Origin: an uncultured Candidatus Melainabacteria bacterium
GTDB taxonomy: Bacteria > Cyanobacteriota > Vampirovibrionia > Gastranaerophilales > Gastranaerophilaceae
NCBI GenBank assembly: GCA_934700385.1
Contig: CAKUXO010000002.1
Location: 23,323 to 87,322, forward strand
Direction: 5' to 3'
DNA: 64,000 nt
Part shown: positions 18,950 through 28,678 of the stretch, one piece after another
Position numbering within the stretch: the stretch's first letter is position 1
Layout of the letters: each line of letters starts with the position of its first letter
Notes under the pieces: generated by a model
What the model saw: the letters and a program-made list of their open reading frames with translations, nothing else
The model's database searches: none
Told to the model about the DNA's origin: nothing
Translations under genes and position numbers: made by a program

Positions 18950-20130
18950 TTATTAATATAACTTTCTTCTAAAGACCAACACTGACGTGTTAAGTAAAAA
19001 TCATCCATCATATTTAAAAAGTTTTCAATATATTTTTTACAAGTATTTTCTTTAATTAAAATTCTTCCATTAGAAATTATATCATCTCGAAGCGCAAAGT
19101 CGTTCAAATCTTCAATTTTTGAAACAATATCAGCTTCATCTAACGGATTAAAATAAAGCGCTGCGTTTTTCAGTTGCTCGCAAAAACCAATATGGTTTGA
19201 AATTAATACAGGGCAATCAAAATATAACGCTTCAAGGGCTGCAATACTATCTGGACCTGCTAAAGATGGATAGCAAACCGCATAAGCATTTTTATAAAGA
19301 GTTTTAAGTTCATTTTGAGAAATATAATTTAAAAATAAAACATCTTCTTCTAAATCTAATTTTTTAACTGTATCAATGATATAGTCTTTGTTTCCTCTAT
19401 CTAGCCCGCAAAAAACCATTTTTAAATTAATGTTTTGCTCTTTCATAATTTGAGCTGCTAAAATTAATCTTATATGATTTTTATGTGTCCAAAATTGTGC
19501 AGGATATAAAACAAAACTATTTTTAGAAAGATTATTTTTAGATAAAATACCCTCATCTTCTTTAACATTTTTAATCCAATTAGGATAAGGCAGAGGGATT
19601 GAAGTTATATTTTCTTCAATAACATCATAAAGAGTAATAATATCATTTTTTGCAACAGAATTGCCTGTGATTATTCTTGAAGCGCCTGTTAAAAAGATGT
19701 TTAATTTCTTTTCCATTTTTTCAAAAACAGAATTAGAACAAAATTCAGGAAAATGCGGCAAAATTCTATGTGCAACATCACGAATTAAGGCAAAATAAGG
19801 GGTTTCAATGTGTTCAAAAAGATAAGGCGCTAAAAAGAAAACAACGTTAATGTTATCTTTTTTCAACCTATGATTTAGAGAACAAAAAGGCATTTTATAG
19901 TTTTTAATATAAAATGGGCGAAGGGAAATTTCCGGTTTTTTATAATATTTTAAGCTGACAAACTTTGCATTTTCTTTGTTTTCAAAAAGATTTTTCTTTC
20001 CAAAATAATAAAAAACATACTCATGCTCTGTGTCAAATTTTAAAAGTTCATCAACAAAAGATAACTCAAAGGTTAAGCCCCCAACAGAGTCAGGCTTTTT
20101 TATATCCCCAAGATAAATTCCTATTTTCAA
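18946..20130 (-). CDS. Glycosyltransferase family 4 (GT-B, group 1)
   Basis: C-terminal half has the typical GT4 pattern: LVFCGLDRGNKDY...LKTLYKNAYAVCYPSLAGPDSIAALEALYFDCPVLISN. The start codon is TTG (GGGGAA upstream). Confidence 0.8.
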   Translation of the reverse strand: MKIGIYLGDIKKPDSVGGLTFELSFVDELLKFDTEHEYVFYYFGKKNLFENKENAKFVSLKYYKKPEISLRPFYIKNYKMPFCSLNHRLKKDNINVVFFLAPYLFEHIETPYFALIRDVAHRILPHFPEFCSNSVFEKMEKKLNIFLTGASRIITGNSVAKNDIITLYDVIEENITSIPLPYPNWIKNVKEDEGILSKNNLSKNSFVLYPAQFWTHKNHIRLILAAQIMKEQNINLKMVFCGLDRGNKDYIIDTVKKLDLEEDVLFLNYISQNELKTLYKNAYAVCYPSLAGPDSIAALEALYFDCPVLISNHIGFCEQLKNAALYFNPLDEADIVSKIEDLNDFALRDDIISNGRILIKENTCKKYIENFLNMMDDFYLTRQCWSLEESYINK

Positions 20131-20232
20131 ATATGTTCCCCAATTAAATTATAAACAAATAAAAGACGGCACAAGAAAATCATTTTTTATAATATTCTCA
20201 ACCGTCTTTTAAATTTTTTTTAATAAATCAAA

Positions 20233-20424
20233 CTAAGCTTTAGTAAATTTTCCCGCTTTAATGCAAGATGTGCATACAGACATTTTTTTAACACTTCCGT
20301 TAGCTAATTTAACTTTAACTGATTGAATGTTAGGCAATTGTCTATGAACATTTTGTTTATGAGAAAACGAAATCTTAGCTGATTTTAGTGATTTTTTTCC
20401 ACAGATTTCGCAAAATACTGACAT
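20233..20424 (-). CDS. rpmB: 50S ribosomal protein L28
   Basis: MSVFCEICGKKSLKSAKISFSHKQNVHRQLPNIQSVKV... Start set to ATG at 20424 (AAAGGA RBS) rather than the track start at 20448. Confidence 0.85.
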   Translation of the reverse strand: MSVFCEICGKKSLKSAKISFSHKQNVHRQLPNIQSVKVKLANGSVKKMSVCTSCIKAGKFTKA

Positions 20425-20510
20425 GGTACATCCTTTCATAAGTTTCAATATAATATAATATTATAAAATAAATAAAAAAAATCAAGTATTTAAAATAAAA
20501 AATTTTATAT

Positions 20511-20525
20511 TATTATTAAGTTATG
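20511..20525 (+). promoter_or_regulatory. TATTAT, 6 nt, then the mnmA ATG (candidate leaderless promoter)
   Basis: TATTAT 20511-20516, spacer taagtt, ATG 20523. No Shine-Dalgarno. Confidence 0.3.
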
Positions 20526-21581
20526 AATATTTTAGTTGGCGTTTCAGGGGGCGTTGATTCCTCTGTAGTATTGAATTTACTTAAATCTCAAGGTCATAAT
20601 GTTATTGGCGCTATGATGAAAATTTATGATGGCGAAATAAAAACAATTGCTAATTCTTGTTATGGAACAGATAAGAAAAAAGAGCTTGAAGATGCTAAAA
20701 AAGTTTGCGCTGACGCTGATGTAGAATTTCATCTTATTGATTTATCTAAAGAATATGATGAAATTGTTTTTCAAAAGTTTAAAAACCTTTATTTAAGTGG
20801 GAAAACTCCTAATCCTTGTGTGATTTGTAATAAGTTCATTAAATTCGGGCTTTTACCTCAAACCGCAAGAAAACAAGGAATTGTTTTTGATAAGTTTGCA
20901 ACAGGTCATTATGCTAAAAATGAATTAAATGAAAATACAGGCAGATTTGAACTTAAAAAAGGAAAAAATCCTAAAAAAGATCAAACTTATTTTTTGTATA
21001 AATTATCTCAAGATGAACTTAAAAACATTTTATTTCCTTTAGGAAATTTTGAAAAAGAAGAAGTTAGAGCTTATGCTAAAAATCATAATATAATTACTGC
21101 TTCAAAAACAGATAGCCAAGACTTTTATAAAGGCGATTTTTCAGAGCTTTTTGATATAAATGAAAAGAAAAAAGGAAAAATAATTGATAGAAAAGGAAAT
21201 GTTTTAGGTTATCATAACGGTATTTTTAACTATACAATCGGTCAAAGAAAAGGGCTTTGTATAGCATATTCTGAACCACTTTATGTTATTGATATTGATA
21301 GCGAAACAAATTCTGTTATTGTTGGTGTTAAAAATGAAACCTATTCAAAAAGTTTAATTGCAACTGATTGCAACTGGATTGCAATTGATAAACCAACAAA
21401 ACCTTTTGAAGCAACGGCAAAAATCCGTTCTGCTTCTGAAGCGAAAAAGGTTGTTGTTTACCCTGAAAATGATAAAATCAAAGTTGAATTTGATGAAGAA
21501 ATAAGTGCCATCGCAAAAGGTCAAGCAGTTGTTTTATATCAAGATGACGTTGTTTTAGGCGGCGGCACAATAGAAAAATAG
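20523..21581 (+). CDS. mnmA: tRNA-specific 2-thiouridylase MnmA
   Basis: PP-loop VGVSGGVDSSV, plus GKTPNPCVICNKFIKFG and TGHYA. Confidence 0.9.
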   Translation: MNILVGVSGGVDSSVVLNLLKSQGHNVIGAMMKIYDGEIKTIANSCYGTDKKKELEDAKKVCADADVEFHLIDLSKEYDEIVFQKFKNLYLSGKTPNPCVICNKFIKFGLLPQTARKQGIVFDKFATGHYAKNELNENTGRFELKKGKNPKKDQTYFLYKLSQDELKNILFPLGNFEKEEVRAYAKNHNIITASKTDSQDFYKGDFSELFDINEKKKGKIIDRKGNVLGYHNGIFNYTIGQRKGLCIAYSEPLYVIDIDSETNSVIVGVKNETYSKSLIATDCNWIAIDKPTKPFEATAKIRSASEAKKVVVYPENDKIKVEFDEEISAIAKGQAVVLYQDDVVLGGGTIEK

Positions 21582-21594
21582 TTAAGCATTTAGC

Positions 21595-22605
21595 TTAACT
21601 ATTAACTAAAGTTTTTGCTTTCGTTTTCTTTCTATATAACATATCGCAAAAGGCTTCAATTCTAGTGATAAAGCCAGCTTCACCGGTATGTTCATCAATT
21701 GTTAAATTTAAAAGCGGTTTATTAAAATTCTTAGCTTTTCTTTTGATATCTTCAACCATTAAGCTATCAGGTCCGCAACCAAAGGCAGTTAGAGTGATTA
21801 CACCATCAATTTTTTCATCTTGAAGATAGTGCCCAGCGCACCCTGTCATTTCGTGTTGGTTTGCCCAATAAAGAGTTGAATTAAGGCTTTCCATGCCGCC
21901 TTTTAATTGTTCAATTGTTAATTGATATGCGTTATAAACTCTCACGTTTAAATTTTCAAGTTTTTTAAAGATATCCATACAAGCACGCTTATCATAAATG
22001 TTATACCCATGCCCGATTAAAGCAATACTAATTGGTTTATCTTCTTTTTTAGGTGCAATAATAACTTGACCTTTTTTAGCGTTATTTAAGGCTTCATCAA
22101 AATCAAGCCCATTTTGAACCATTACATTAAAATTATTTTGAACAACAAAACCTGCGTTTTGAGCTTCTTTAATTTTATTAATGTCTTTAATTCCATATTG
22201 AGTTGCAATTTCAGTTAAAAAATCAATTAAATTGTTATTTTTTTCTGATTTATCTAGAGTTGCCTCAATTATATTAAAATCGCCTTTTACAACGTTTTTA
22301 ATTAAGTCGGGAAGTCCTCTTATTTTTGAGCAATTGTAAATTTTAGGTGCAATTGATTGAATTGATGGAACAAAAATATTTTTAACACCTTTATTAATTA
22401 AATTAACAACATGCCCAGTATAAACTTTAATAGGTAAACAAGTTTCTGTTACAACCAAAGAAGCACCATCTGCAATTGTTTTTTTGGTTGTTGGGTCAGA
22501 TAAAATTATTTCAATCCCGATATTATTGAAAAAGCCCCACCAAAAAGGAAAATAGTTATAATATGAAATTGCTCTTGGTATTCCTATTGTTTTATCTTTA
22601 ATCAT
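21595..22605 (-). CDS. Acyl-CoA dehydratase activase-related protein (DUF2229-like), stand-alone
   Basis: TIGIPRAISYYNYFPFWWGFFNNIGIEIILSDPTTKK...ETCLPIKVYTGHV matches the family N-terminus as I recall it. No ATPase or dehydratase partner nearby. Confidence 0.65.
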   Translation of the reverse strand: MIKDKTIGIPRAISYYNYFPFWWGFFNNIGIEIILSDPTTKKTIADGASLVVTETCLPIKVYTGHVVNLINKGVKNIFVPSIQSIAPKIYNCSKIRGLPDLIKNVVKGDFNIIEATLDKSEKNNNLIDFLTEIATQYGIKDINKIKEAQNAGFVVQNNFNVMVQNGLDFDEALNNAKKGQVIIAPKKEDKPISIALIGHGYNIYDKRACMDIFKKLENLNVRVYNAYQLTIEQLKGGMESLNSTLYWANQHEMTGCAGHYLQDEKIDGVITLTAFGCGPDSLMVEDIKRKAKNFNKPLLNLTIDEHTGEAGFITRIEAFCDMLYRKKTKAKTLVNS

Positions 22606-22775
22606 TAATTTGTTCCTATTTTAAGTTTTGTTTAATAATATTATATCAGAAACAATTTTAGTGGCTTAAAAATGTTTTATTTAATTTTTGTAACTTTTTT
22701 TCAATTTTTGTATCAATTTTTTTCGATTAGTTTGTTTTAAATAGTATAATATTTTTTTAAATCTTAAGGTAAGAA

Positions 22776-25706
22776 ATGTCATTTCAATATATAAATCCGT
22801 CTTTTTATCCAAAAAATCAAAATTATTATAATACTATGCCCTCTCAAGGGTATGTTTTGCCGTATTTTAGTAATATTGTAATTTCAAACCCTTATCAAAC
22901 AAGCATTTATAATCAAGGCGGCATTTATCCATATATGTACACTATCGCTGGATTAAACGGGCAAGCTCAAACAAACCCAATGTATCGTCAAACGGGTGTA
23001 ATTAAAACAGAAAACAATCAAACGGCATACTTGTTTGAAATGGCAAACGGTCAAAAAGTGGCAATCATGCCAAGAAAAGACCAAAAAACAATAGCTAAAA
23101 CTTTCTTTAACGCAGGTTCATTAAATGAAAATGACTCTATTAGAGGTTTAAGCCATTGTATTGAACATTGTAATTTTAAAGGTTCGTCTAAATTTGAAGA
23201 TGGCGATGTCTTTAAATTAACCGGTTTAATGGGTGCAAGCACAAACGCTTCAACAGACTTAGCTCAAACAGATTATTATATTTCAGCACCTTATTTTGAA
23301 GATAAAGATTTTGAAAAAACAATCGAAATTCAAGGAGATATGTTATCTACTCCAAGATTTGATGAAGCTGCGCTTGAATCTGAAAAAGGTCCGATTTGTT
23401 CTGAAATTTCTATGATAAACGACGACCCAACGACTTCTGCTTATGATAAAGTAATTAGAAATCTTTTTCAAATTCAATCAAATTCAAAAAACCTTGTGGC
23501 AGGCTCAATTGACACTGTTCAAAATTTAAAAAGAAGTGATTTAGTTAATCATCATCAAACATATTATGACCCAAAAGATACTTATACTGTTGTTGTAGGG
23601 GATGTTGATGTTGAAAAAACAATTAATTTAATAGCTAAAAATTTCACCCTAAAATCAAGTAATTTTTCTGATGATAAAAAATATAAAGAACCTCTTAATC
23701 CTCTAAACCAAGCTAAAAGAGAGGATGTAAGAAGTTCTAAAACTAATAATTCAGTTGTTATGATGGCTTTTTGCGGACCAAAACCAACAAATGCAAAAGA
23801 TATGATAATAGCTGATATGCTTGATTATTACTTGCCTTATTATTCTTCATCTAACCTTAAAAAAGGGCTTGATGAAATGAATGCTTTTTATGACGCCGAT
23901 AGACAAAAAGTTGGCTTAAATAAGAATGACCCTTGTGCGTTAGTTGGGGTGATAACAACAAATCCTAATGATGAACAAAAAGCAATTGATTTATATTACG
24001 ATTCAATTTATGATTTACAAAATTTCTATTTAAAAGATGATGATATGCAGGCTTTAAAAAATTATATGTTAAAGCACTATGAATACACAATGACAGATAG
24101 CGCATCGCTTTGTGATATTTTAGCGCAAAATATGATGAGCGGCTCGTTTGATACTTTTAGCGATTATAAAGCAATCGCTGATTCAATTACAAAAGAAGAC
24201 ATCATGAATTTTGCAAGAAAATATTATGACCTAAATAAAATTTCAATGGTTGTGGTTCATCCTACCTCTGTTTCTGTTGAAGATATCAATAGAAATTATG
24301 AACAATCTAAATATTCTTTTGATAATATGACAAAATTAAAAACGAGTTTTAACCCTAAACCAATTGTTTTTGGTTCAAATTCAAAAAAAGATTTAGGTTT
24401 TAGCTCTTTAGATGAATGTGTTTTACCTAACAACACAAATTTAATTTTCAACACAACAAATTCAAATTTATGTGTATTCAATTGGAACATAGCAACTCCG
24501 CCAATTAAACCCAAAAACCCTGCTATTCCAATAGTTCTAAGTGAATTATTTTCAAAGGGTACAATGTTACATCCTAAAGAAGAATTTGATAAATATAAAG
24601 AATTAAATGCAATTGATACCCTTGTAAATGTTAATGAAAAAAGAATTGAACTAAGGGCAGATTGTCTTGCAAAAGATACTTCAAAAACTCTTGAGCTTTT
24701 GAATGAATTAATTTACAATCCTAATTTTTCTCAAAGCGAATTTGAAAAAACAAAAAAATACATAAAAGATGTTTTTTCTGCTGCGCATAAAGATTCAGAT
24801 GAAACCCTTTTAAATTCCGTTTACCCTGGATATTTCCCAACAAAAGATGAAATTTTAAATTCAATTGATGACTTAACTCTTGATGATGTTAAATCTTTCT
24901 ATAATGAATTACTTCACAGCGCTTCATCTACTTTTGTTGCTTCAATGCCTGATGAAAAATATCCGTTTTTAAAAGATAGCGTTAAAACTTATCAAAGTAT
25001 GAATGATTTTAAATTCCAAAATTCAACTCCAAAGTTAACACCTATTTTTGAATCTAATAAAAAAGAAGAAATAATTTATGATACAGATGACCTAAATCAA
25101 GCTCAAATTTCAAAGTCATATAAATTCCCTTTAAGCGGAAATATTCAAGATGAAGTTAAGTTTGAATTGGTAAATGCTATTTTAGGCGGAACTCCAAATG
25201 CCCGTTTGTTTATGGATTTAAGAGATAAGCAACAGCTTGCCTATAGCGTTTATTCATCTATTAATTCATTTGAAAATACAGGTATTTTAACTTTATCAAT
25301 TTTAACAACAACAGATGATAAAGAAGCAGGTAAAACAAGTTTTGATAATGTTCAAAAATCTCTTGAAGGTTTTAAAAAGCATACAGATTTATTATGCAGG
25401 GAACTTGTTTCAGATGAAGAACTTGAGGCAGCTAAGAAAAGATTAAAACAAGATTTAATTGGCGCTACACAAAGTGAAAATAAAGAAACTGCTTTAATTT
25501 CAATGAACGCTCAAGAACCTTATGGTGTTAAAAGAATTGATGAATATTATAATGCTATTGATAAAATTACAAAAGAAGATGTTAAAAAGGCGGCTAATTT
25601 AATCTTTTCTCAAAAGCCCACAACATCAATTCTAGCTAGTGAGGACACAATTAAATCTCAACTTCCATATTTAAAATCAAGTTGTGAAAATGTTATCCAT
25701 GCTTAA
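22776..25706 (+). CDS. Large two-unit M16 (pitrilysin/insulinase-like) zinc peptidase with a Tyr/Asn/Gln/Pro-rich N-terminal extension
   Basis: Inverted zincin motif HCIEHCNFKGS (HxxEH). The second half repeats the M16 fold (…ARLFMDLRDKQQLAYSVYS…). The first ~75 aa are low complexity (MSFQYINPSFYPKNQNYYNTMPSQGYVLPYF...). Confidence 0.8.
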   Translation: MSFQYINPSFYPKNQNYYNTMPSQGYVLPYFSNIVISNPYQTSIYNQGGIYPYMYTIAGLNGQAQTNPMYRQTGVIKTENNQTAYLFEMANGQKVAIMPRKDQKTIAKTFFNAGSLNENDSIRGLSHCIEHCNFKGSSKFEDGDVFKLTGLMGASTNASTDLAQTDYYISAPYFEDKDFEKTIEIQGDMLSTPRFDEAALESEKGPICSEISMINDDPTTSAYDKVIRNLFQIQSNSKNLVAGSIDTVQNLKRSDLVNHHQTYYDPKDTYTVVVGDVDVEKTINLIAKNFTLKSSNFSDDKKYKEPLNPLNQAKREDVRSSKTNNSVVMMAFCGPKPTNAKDMIIADMLDYYLPYYSSSNLKKGLDEMNAFYDADRQKVGLNKNDPCALVGVITTNPNDEQKAIDLYYDSIYDLQNFYLKDDDMQALKNYMLKHYEYTMTDSASLCDILAQNMMSGSFDTFSDYKAIADSITKEDIMNFARKYYDLNKISMVVVHPTSVSVEDINRNYEQSKYSFDNMTKLKTSFNPKPIVFGSNSKKDLGFSSLDECVLPNNTNLIFNTTNSNLCVFNWNIATPPIKPKNPAIPIVLSELFSKGTMLHPKEEFDKYKELNAIDTLVNVNEKRIELRADCLAKDTSKTLELLNELIYNPNFSQSEFEKTKKYIKDVFSAAHKDSDETLLNSVYPGYFPTKDEILNSIDDLTLDDVKSFYNELLHSASSTFVASMPDEKYPFLKDSVKTYQSMNDFKFQNSTPKLTPIFESNKKEEIIYDTDDLNQAQISKSYKFPLSGNIQDEVKFELVNAILGGTPNARLFMDLRDKQQLAYSVYSSINSFENTGILTLSILTTTDDKEAGKTSFDNVQKSLEGFKKHTDLLCRELVSDEELEAAKKRLKQDLIGATQSENKETALISMNAQEPYGVKRIDEYYNAIDKITKEDVKKAANLIFSQKPTTSILASEDTIKSQLPYLKSSCENVIHA

Positions 25707-25754
25707 AAAAGATAATTAAATCTTACTAATTTGTCTATTTAAAAACATTAAAAT

Positions 25755-27098
25755 ATGAGTTATTTATTTTATATGAATAATTCTATTAATATGCTTTTAA
25801 AAGCCTTAAACTACGACATTAATTTATCTAAAAATAATGATTTTAATAATCAAATTTATCATTCAATCGGCTGTCATTTTGATAAAAAATGGATTGCAAA
25901 TGTTTTGCCTTCTGAATTAATTAACTATGATTTTAAAAAAGCACTTGAATTAATTATGACACTATCAGAAGGAGATAATTTTTATCAAACTTTTCCTGAT
26001 GAAATTAAATCGCCTGATTATGGCGATAATTGGGGTAGGTTTGCAAATTATATTGAAATTAACAACCGTGCTATTGCAACAATGAAAAATGAAACCTGTT
26101 GTTGCGGTATTTTAAATTTAATTAAACTTTTGCCTGCAATTCCACCAAGTGCTAAGTCTTGGGCAAATTGTATAATAATATCTCAAGTTTTTCCTAATAT
26201 TTATGGCGATGGCTATAACAAATCGCCATTTGAAGAAAATTCTGTTTATGGTTTGAAAATTAACTCAGGCTATAGTGAAAACATCATTTCAAAAGAAATA
26301 GAAGATAAAATTTCTTCTTCTAATCAACTTCGTGCGTTTTGCGACCTTGCTCATTTTAGAGGAATTAAAACAGGTTATAGAATGATGATTTCTCAAGATC
26401 AAATTAAAGTTGTTCAAGGAAATTCTGATGTAACTTTTGATTGGAATAATCAAAGTTTTGTTGAACTTTTTATAGAAGAAAATGTTAAATTAATTAACCT
26501 TGGTTTTGAAGCTATTTTTGTGGATAGTGCAAAACACATTGGCGGTTTTGATATGGAAAATTATACAGGTGTGGGCGCACTTCCAAGCTATCCACAGGCT
26601 CAATATATCTTTAATGAAATAAGAAAACGCTCAGGAAAAACAAATCTTTCTATAGTAGGCGAAAAAAGTTCTTGGGATTTTAAAAGATATGAAAATATGG
26701 GTTTAACCGCAGGAACAGATTATATTACGGGAGATAACTTTGACGCAGTTAAAAAGTTATCATTTGAATTAAAATACCACAGAAACTATGCCCCTGGGGT
26801 TGAAATTGAAAATGATAATTATTATGGCGGAATTAGCTATGAACAACGTTTAAATAGAATTAACACGGCTCTTTTTGCTTATGAATATCCATCAGATAAA
26901 CTTCCAAGTTTTATGCAGATGAATGACATTTTTCCTTTAAGATATGATACAAACACTCATCATATAATGATGACAAACCCATCTTATTCAACTGATGGTT
27001 CATCTAAAAGCCACATTGAAAATTTATTTACAAAAGATGACGGAAGAAAATATAATCATCAAGTTGCTAAACTTTTTTCTTATGCGCTTTGTTTATAA
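25755..27098 (+). CDS. Hypothetical protein, possibly a divergent alpha-amylase-superfamily TIM barrel
   Basis: Weak matches to GH13 regions: CDLAHFRGIKTGYRMM (I-like), GFEAIFVDSAKHIGG (II-like, candidate nucleophile Asp), LSIVGEKSSWD (III-like, candidate Glu). Not conclusive. Confidence 0.4.
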   Translation: MSYLFYMNNSINMLLKALNYDINLSKNNDFNNQIYHSIGCHFDKKWIANVLPSELINYDFKKALELIMTLSEGDNFYQTFPDEIKSPDYGDNWGRFANYIEINNRAIATMKNETCCCGILNLIKLLPAIPPSAKSWANCIIISQVFPNIYGDGYNKSPFEENSVYGLKINSGYSENIISKEIEDKISSSNQLRAFCDLAHFRGIKTGYRMMISQDQIKVVQGNSDVTFDWNNQSFVELFIEENVKLINLGFEAIFVDSAKHIGGFDMENYTGVGALPSYPQAQYIFNEIRKRSGKTNLSIVGEKSSWDFKRYENMGLTAGTDYITGDNFDAVKKLSFELKYHRNYAPGVEIENDNYYGGISYEQRLNRINTALFAYEYPSDKLPSFMQMNDIFPLRYDTNTHHIMMTNPSYSTDGSSKSHIENLFTKDDGRKYNHQVAKLFSYALCL

Positions 27099-28277
27099 GT
27101 TCTTTTTGTCTAATTTTAAAAATTTAGCTAAAGGAGAAATTAAACTTCCTTGAATAAAAATTGAAATAATTACAAGAAAAAAGACAATGTTAAAAATTTC
27201 ATGCGCAAAATAAACATTATATTTTAAAGGAAAAGTTGCTAGAACAACGGGTGCCGCCCCTCTTAAACCAATCCAAGAAATAAAAATCTTTTCTTTTAAA
27301 TTTCTTTTTGAAAAATAATCAATAATAAAAACCGCTATCGGTCTTGCTATAAAAGTTAAAATTAAAAAAGAAATTCCTGCAATTTTTAAAAATTTCAATC
27401 CCTCTATGAAATTAATTAATAAACCAAGAGTTATAAACATAACAATTTGAAAACTCCAAGCAAGGGCGTCGTGGAATTTTATAAGCATTTTTTTATTAAT
27501 AAATTCAAAGTGTGCTAAACTTAAACCAAGAGTATAAACCACAATAAAGCCATTAATCTTTAGGCTTTCACAAAATGAATAACAAAAAAGCACATAAGAA
27601 AAAGATAAAACAACATAAAGGCTTTCATATTCTAGTTTTATTTTGTTAATTAAAAATACAAAAATTTTAGCTAAAACATATCCTAAAATAATTCCAAAAG
27701 TCATTTGATATATAAAATTTAAAAATAAATTTGAAAAAGCAACTTCATTTTTAATTAAATTAATAACACAAAAGGTTAAAAAGGCTGCCATTGGGTCATT
27801 ACTGCCTGATTCAAATTCTAAAAGCGATTTTAAATTGCAACAAAGATTTATATTTTTACTTCTTAAAATCCCAAAAACCGCCGCTGCGTCTGTTGAAGAA
27901 ATTATTGCCCCTAGAAGCATTGAGCTTTGCATATTTAAATTTGAAAATTTATAAATTAAATAAGAAAAAATAACCCCCGTTAATAAAACCCCTAGGGTTG
28001 CAAGCATGACTCCTTCTTTAAAAACGGGTTTAATTTCTTTTGTATTAACACTTAAGCCACCCATAAACAAAATAAAAGTTAAAGAAATTATCCCTAAAAA
28101 TTGGACTAAATTATAATCATTAAATGAAATTTTTAACAAGCCATCTTGACCTGCTAAAATTCCAAGTAAAATAAAAAATAATAAAGATGGAATTCCATAT
28201 CTTGCGCTGATTTTGCTGAATAAAACCGCAAGGAAAACTAATAAGGAAAAAACAATCAAAGCTTGATTAAAATCCAT
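27093..28277 (-). CDS. Cation:proton antiporter (CPA1, NhaP/CvrA-like), membrane domain only
   Basis: Polytopic. Contains LEFESGSNDPMAAF (the ESGxND motif of NhaP-type exchangers) and ...WIGLRGAAPVVLATFP. Confidence 0.8.
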   Translation of the reverse strand: MDFNQALIVFSLLVFLAVLFSKISARYGIPSLLFFILLGILAGQDGLLKISFNDYNLVQFLGIISLTFILFMGGLSVNTKEIKPVFKEGVMLATLGVLLTGVIFSYLIYKFSNLNMQSSMLLGAIISSTDAAAVFGILRSKNINLCCNLKSLLEFESGSNDPMAAFLTFCVINLIKNEVAFSNLFLNFIYQMTFGIILGYVLAKIFVFLINKIKLEYESLYVVLSFSYVLFCYSFCESLKINGFIVVYTLGLSLAHFEFINKKMLIKFHDALAWSFQIVMFITLGLLINFIEGLKFLKIAGISFLILTFIARPIAVFIIDYFSKRNLKEKIFISWIGLRGAAPVVLATFPLKYNVYFAHEIFNIVFFLVIISIFIQGSLISPLAKFLKLDKKNL

Positions 28278-28328
28278 GATTATAAAATTATAAAAATGGC
28301 TTTTAAAATTTTCAATTGTCGATTTAAC

Positions 28329-28529
28329 CTAGCCCCCTGCGCAAAGAGTAACTATTTCAATGCTATCGCCTTCATTTAAAAAAGTATTTTGATAGTTTTC
28401 TTTTTTAATAATTTCAAGATTTTTTTCAATTATAAAGTTTTTAAAGTTAATGTTTTGGCTTTGAATTAATGTTTCAAGTGAAATTTGATTTTCAATATCA
28501 ATAATATTTCCGTTTAATTTTATTTTCAT
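28329..28529 (-). CDS. thiS: ThiS/MoaD-family sulfur-carrier protein
   Basis: 66 aa. MKIKLNGN...LNEGDSIEIVTLCAGG ends in Gly-Gly. AAAGGA RBS. Confidence 0.7.
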   Translation of the reverse strand: MKIKLNGNIIDIENQISLETLIQSQNINFKNFIIEKNLEIIKKENYQNTFLNEGDSIEIVTLCAGG

Positions 28530-28598
28530 TTTTAATTCCTTTTATGGGTAAAAGTATAATAATTCATTTACTCAATCTTTGCAATACGTTTTTAATTA

Positions 28599-28627
28599 TT
28601 GACCTAAAAGATAAATTGTAGTTTAAT
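28599..28627 (+). promoter_or_regulatory. Candidate sigma-70 promoter for nadA
   Basis: TTGACC (28599-28604), 17 nt, TTTAAT (28622-27). The -10 is weak. Confidence 0.3.
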
Positions 28628-28678
28628 TATAAATAACCTTTGTTTATAGGGATGATATCACAATCGGGCTGAAGCAAA

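Noticed and set aside
28530-28678. Riboswitch in the thiS/nadA divergent region (TPP upstream of thiS, NAD+ upstream of nadA)
   Set aside because: Neither strand contains the TPP core elements (CUGAGA, ACCUGAUCUGGAUAAUGCCAGCG-like) or anything I could align to the nadA motif. The region is AT-rich with only promoter-like hexamers.
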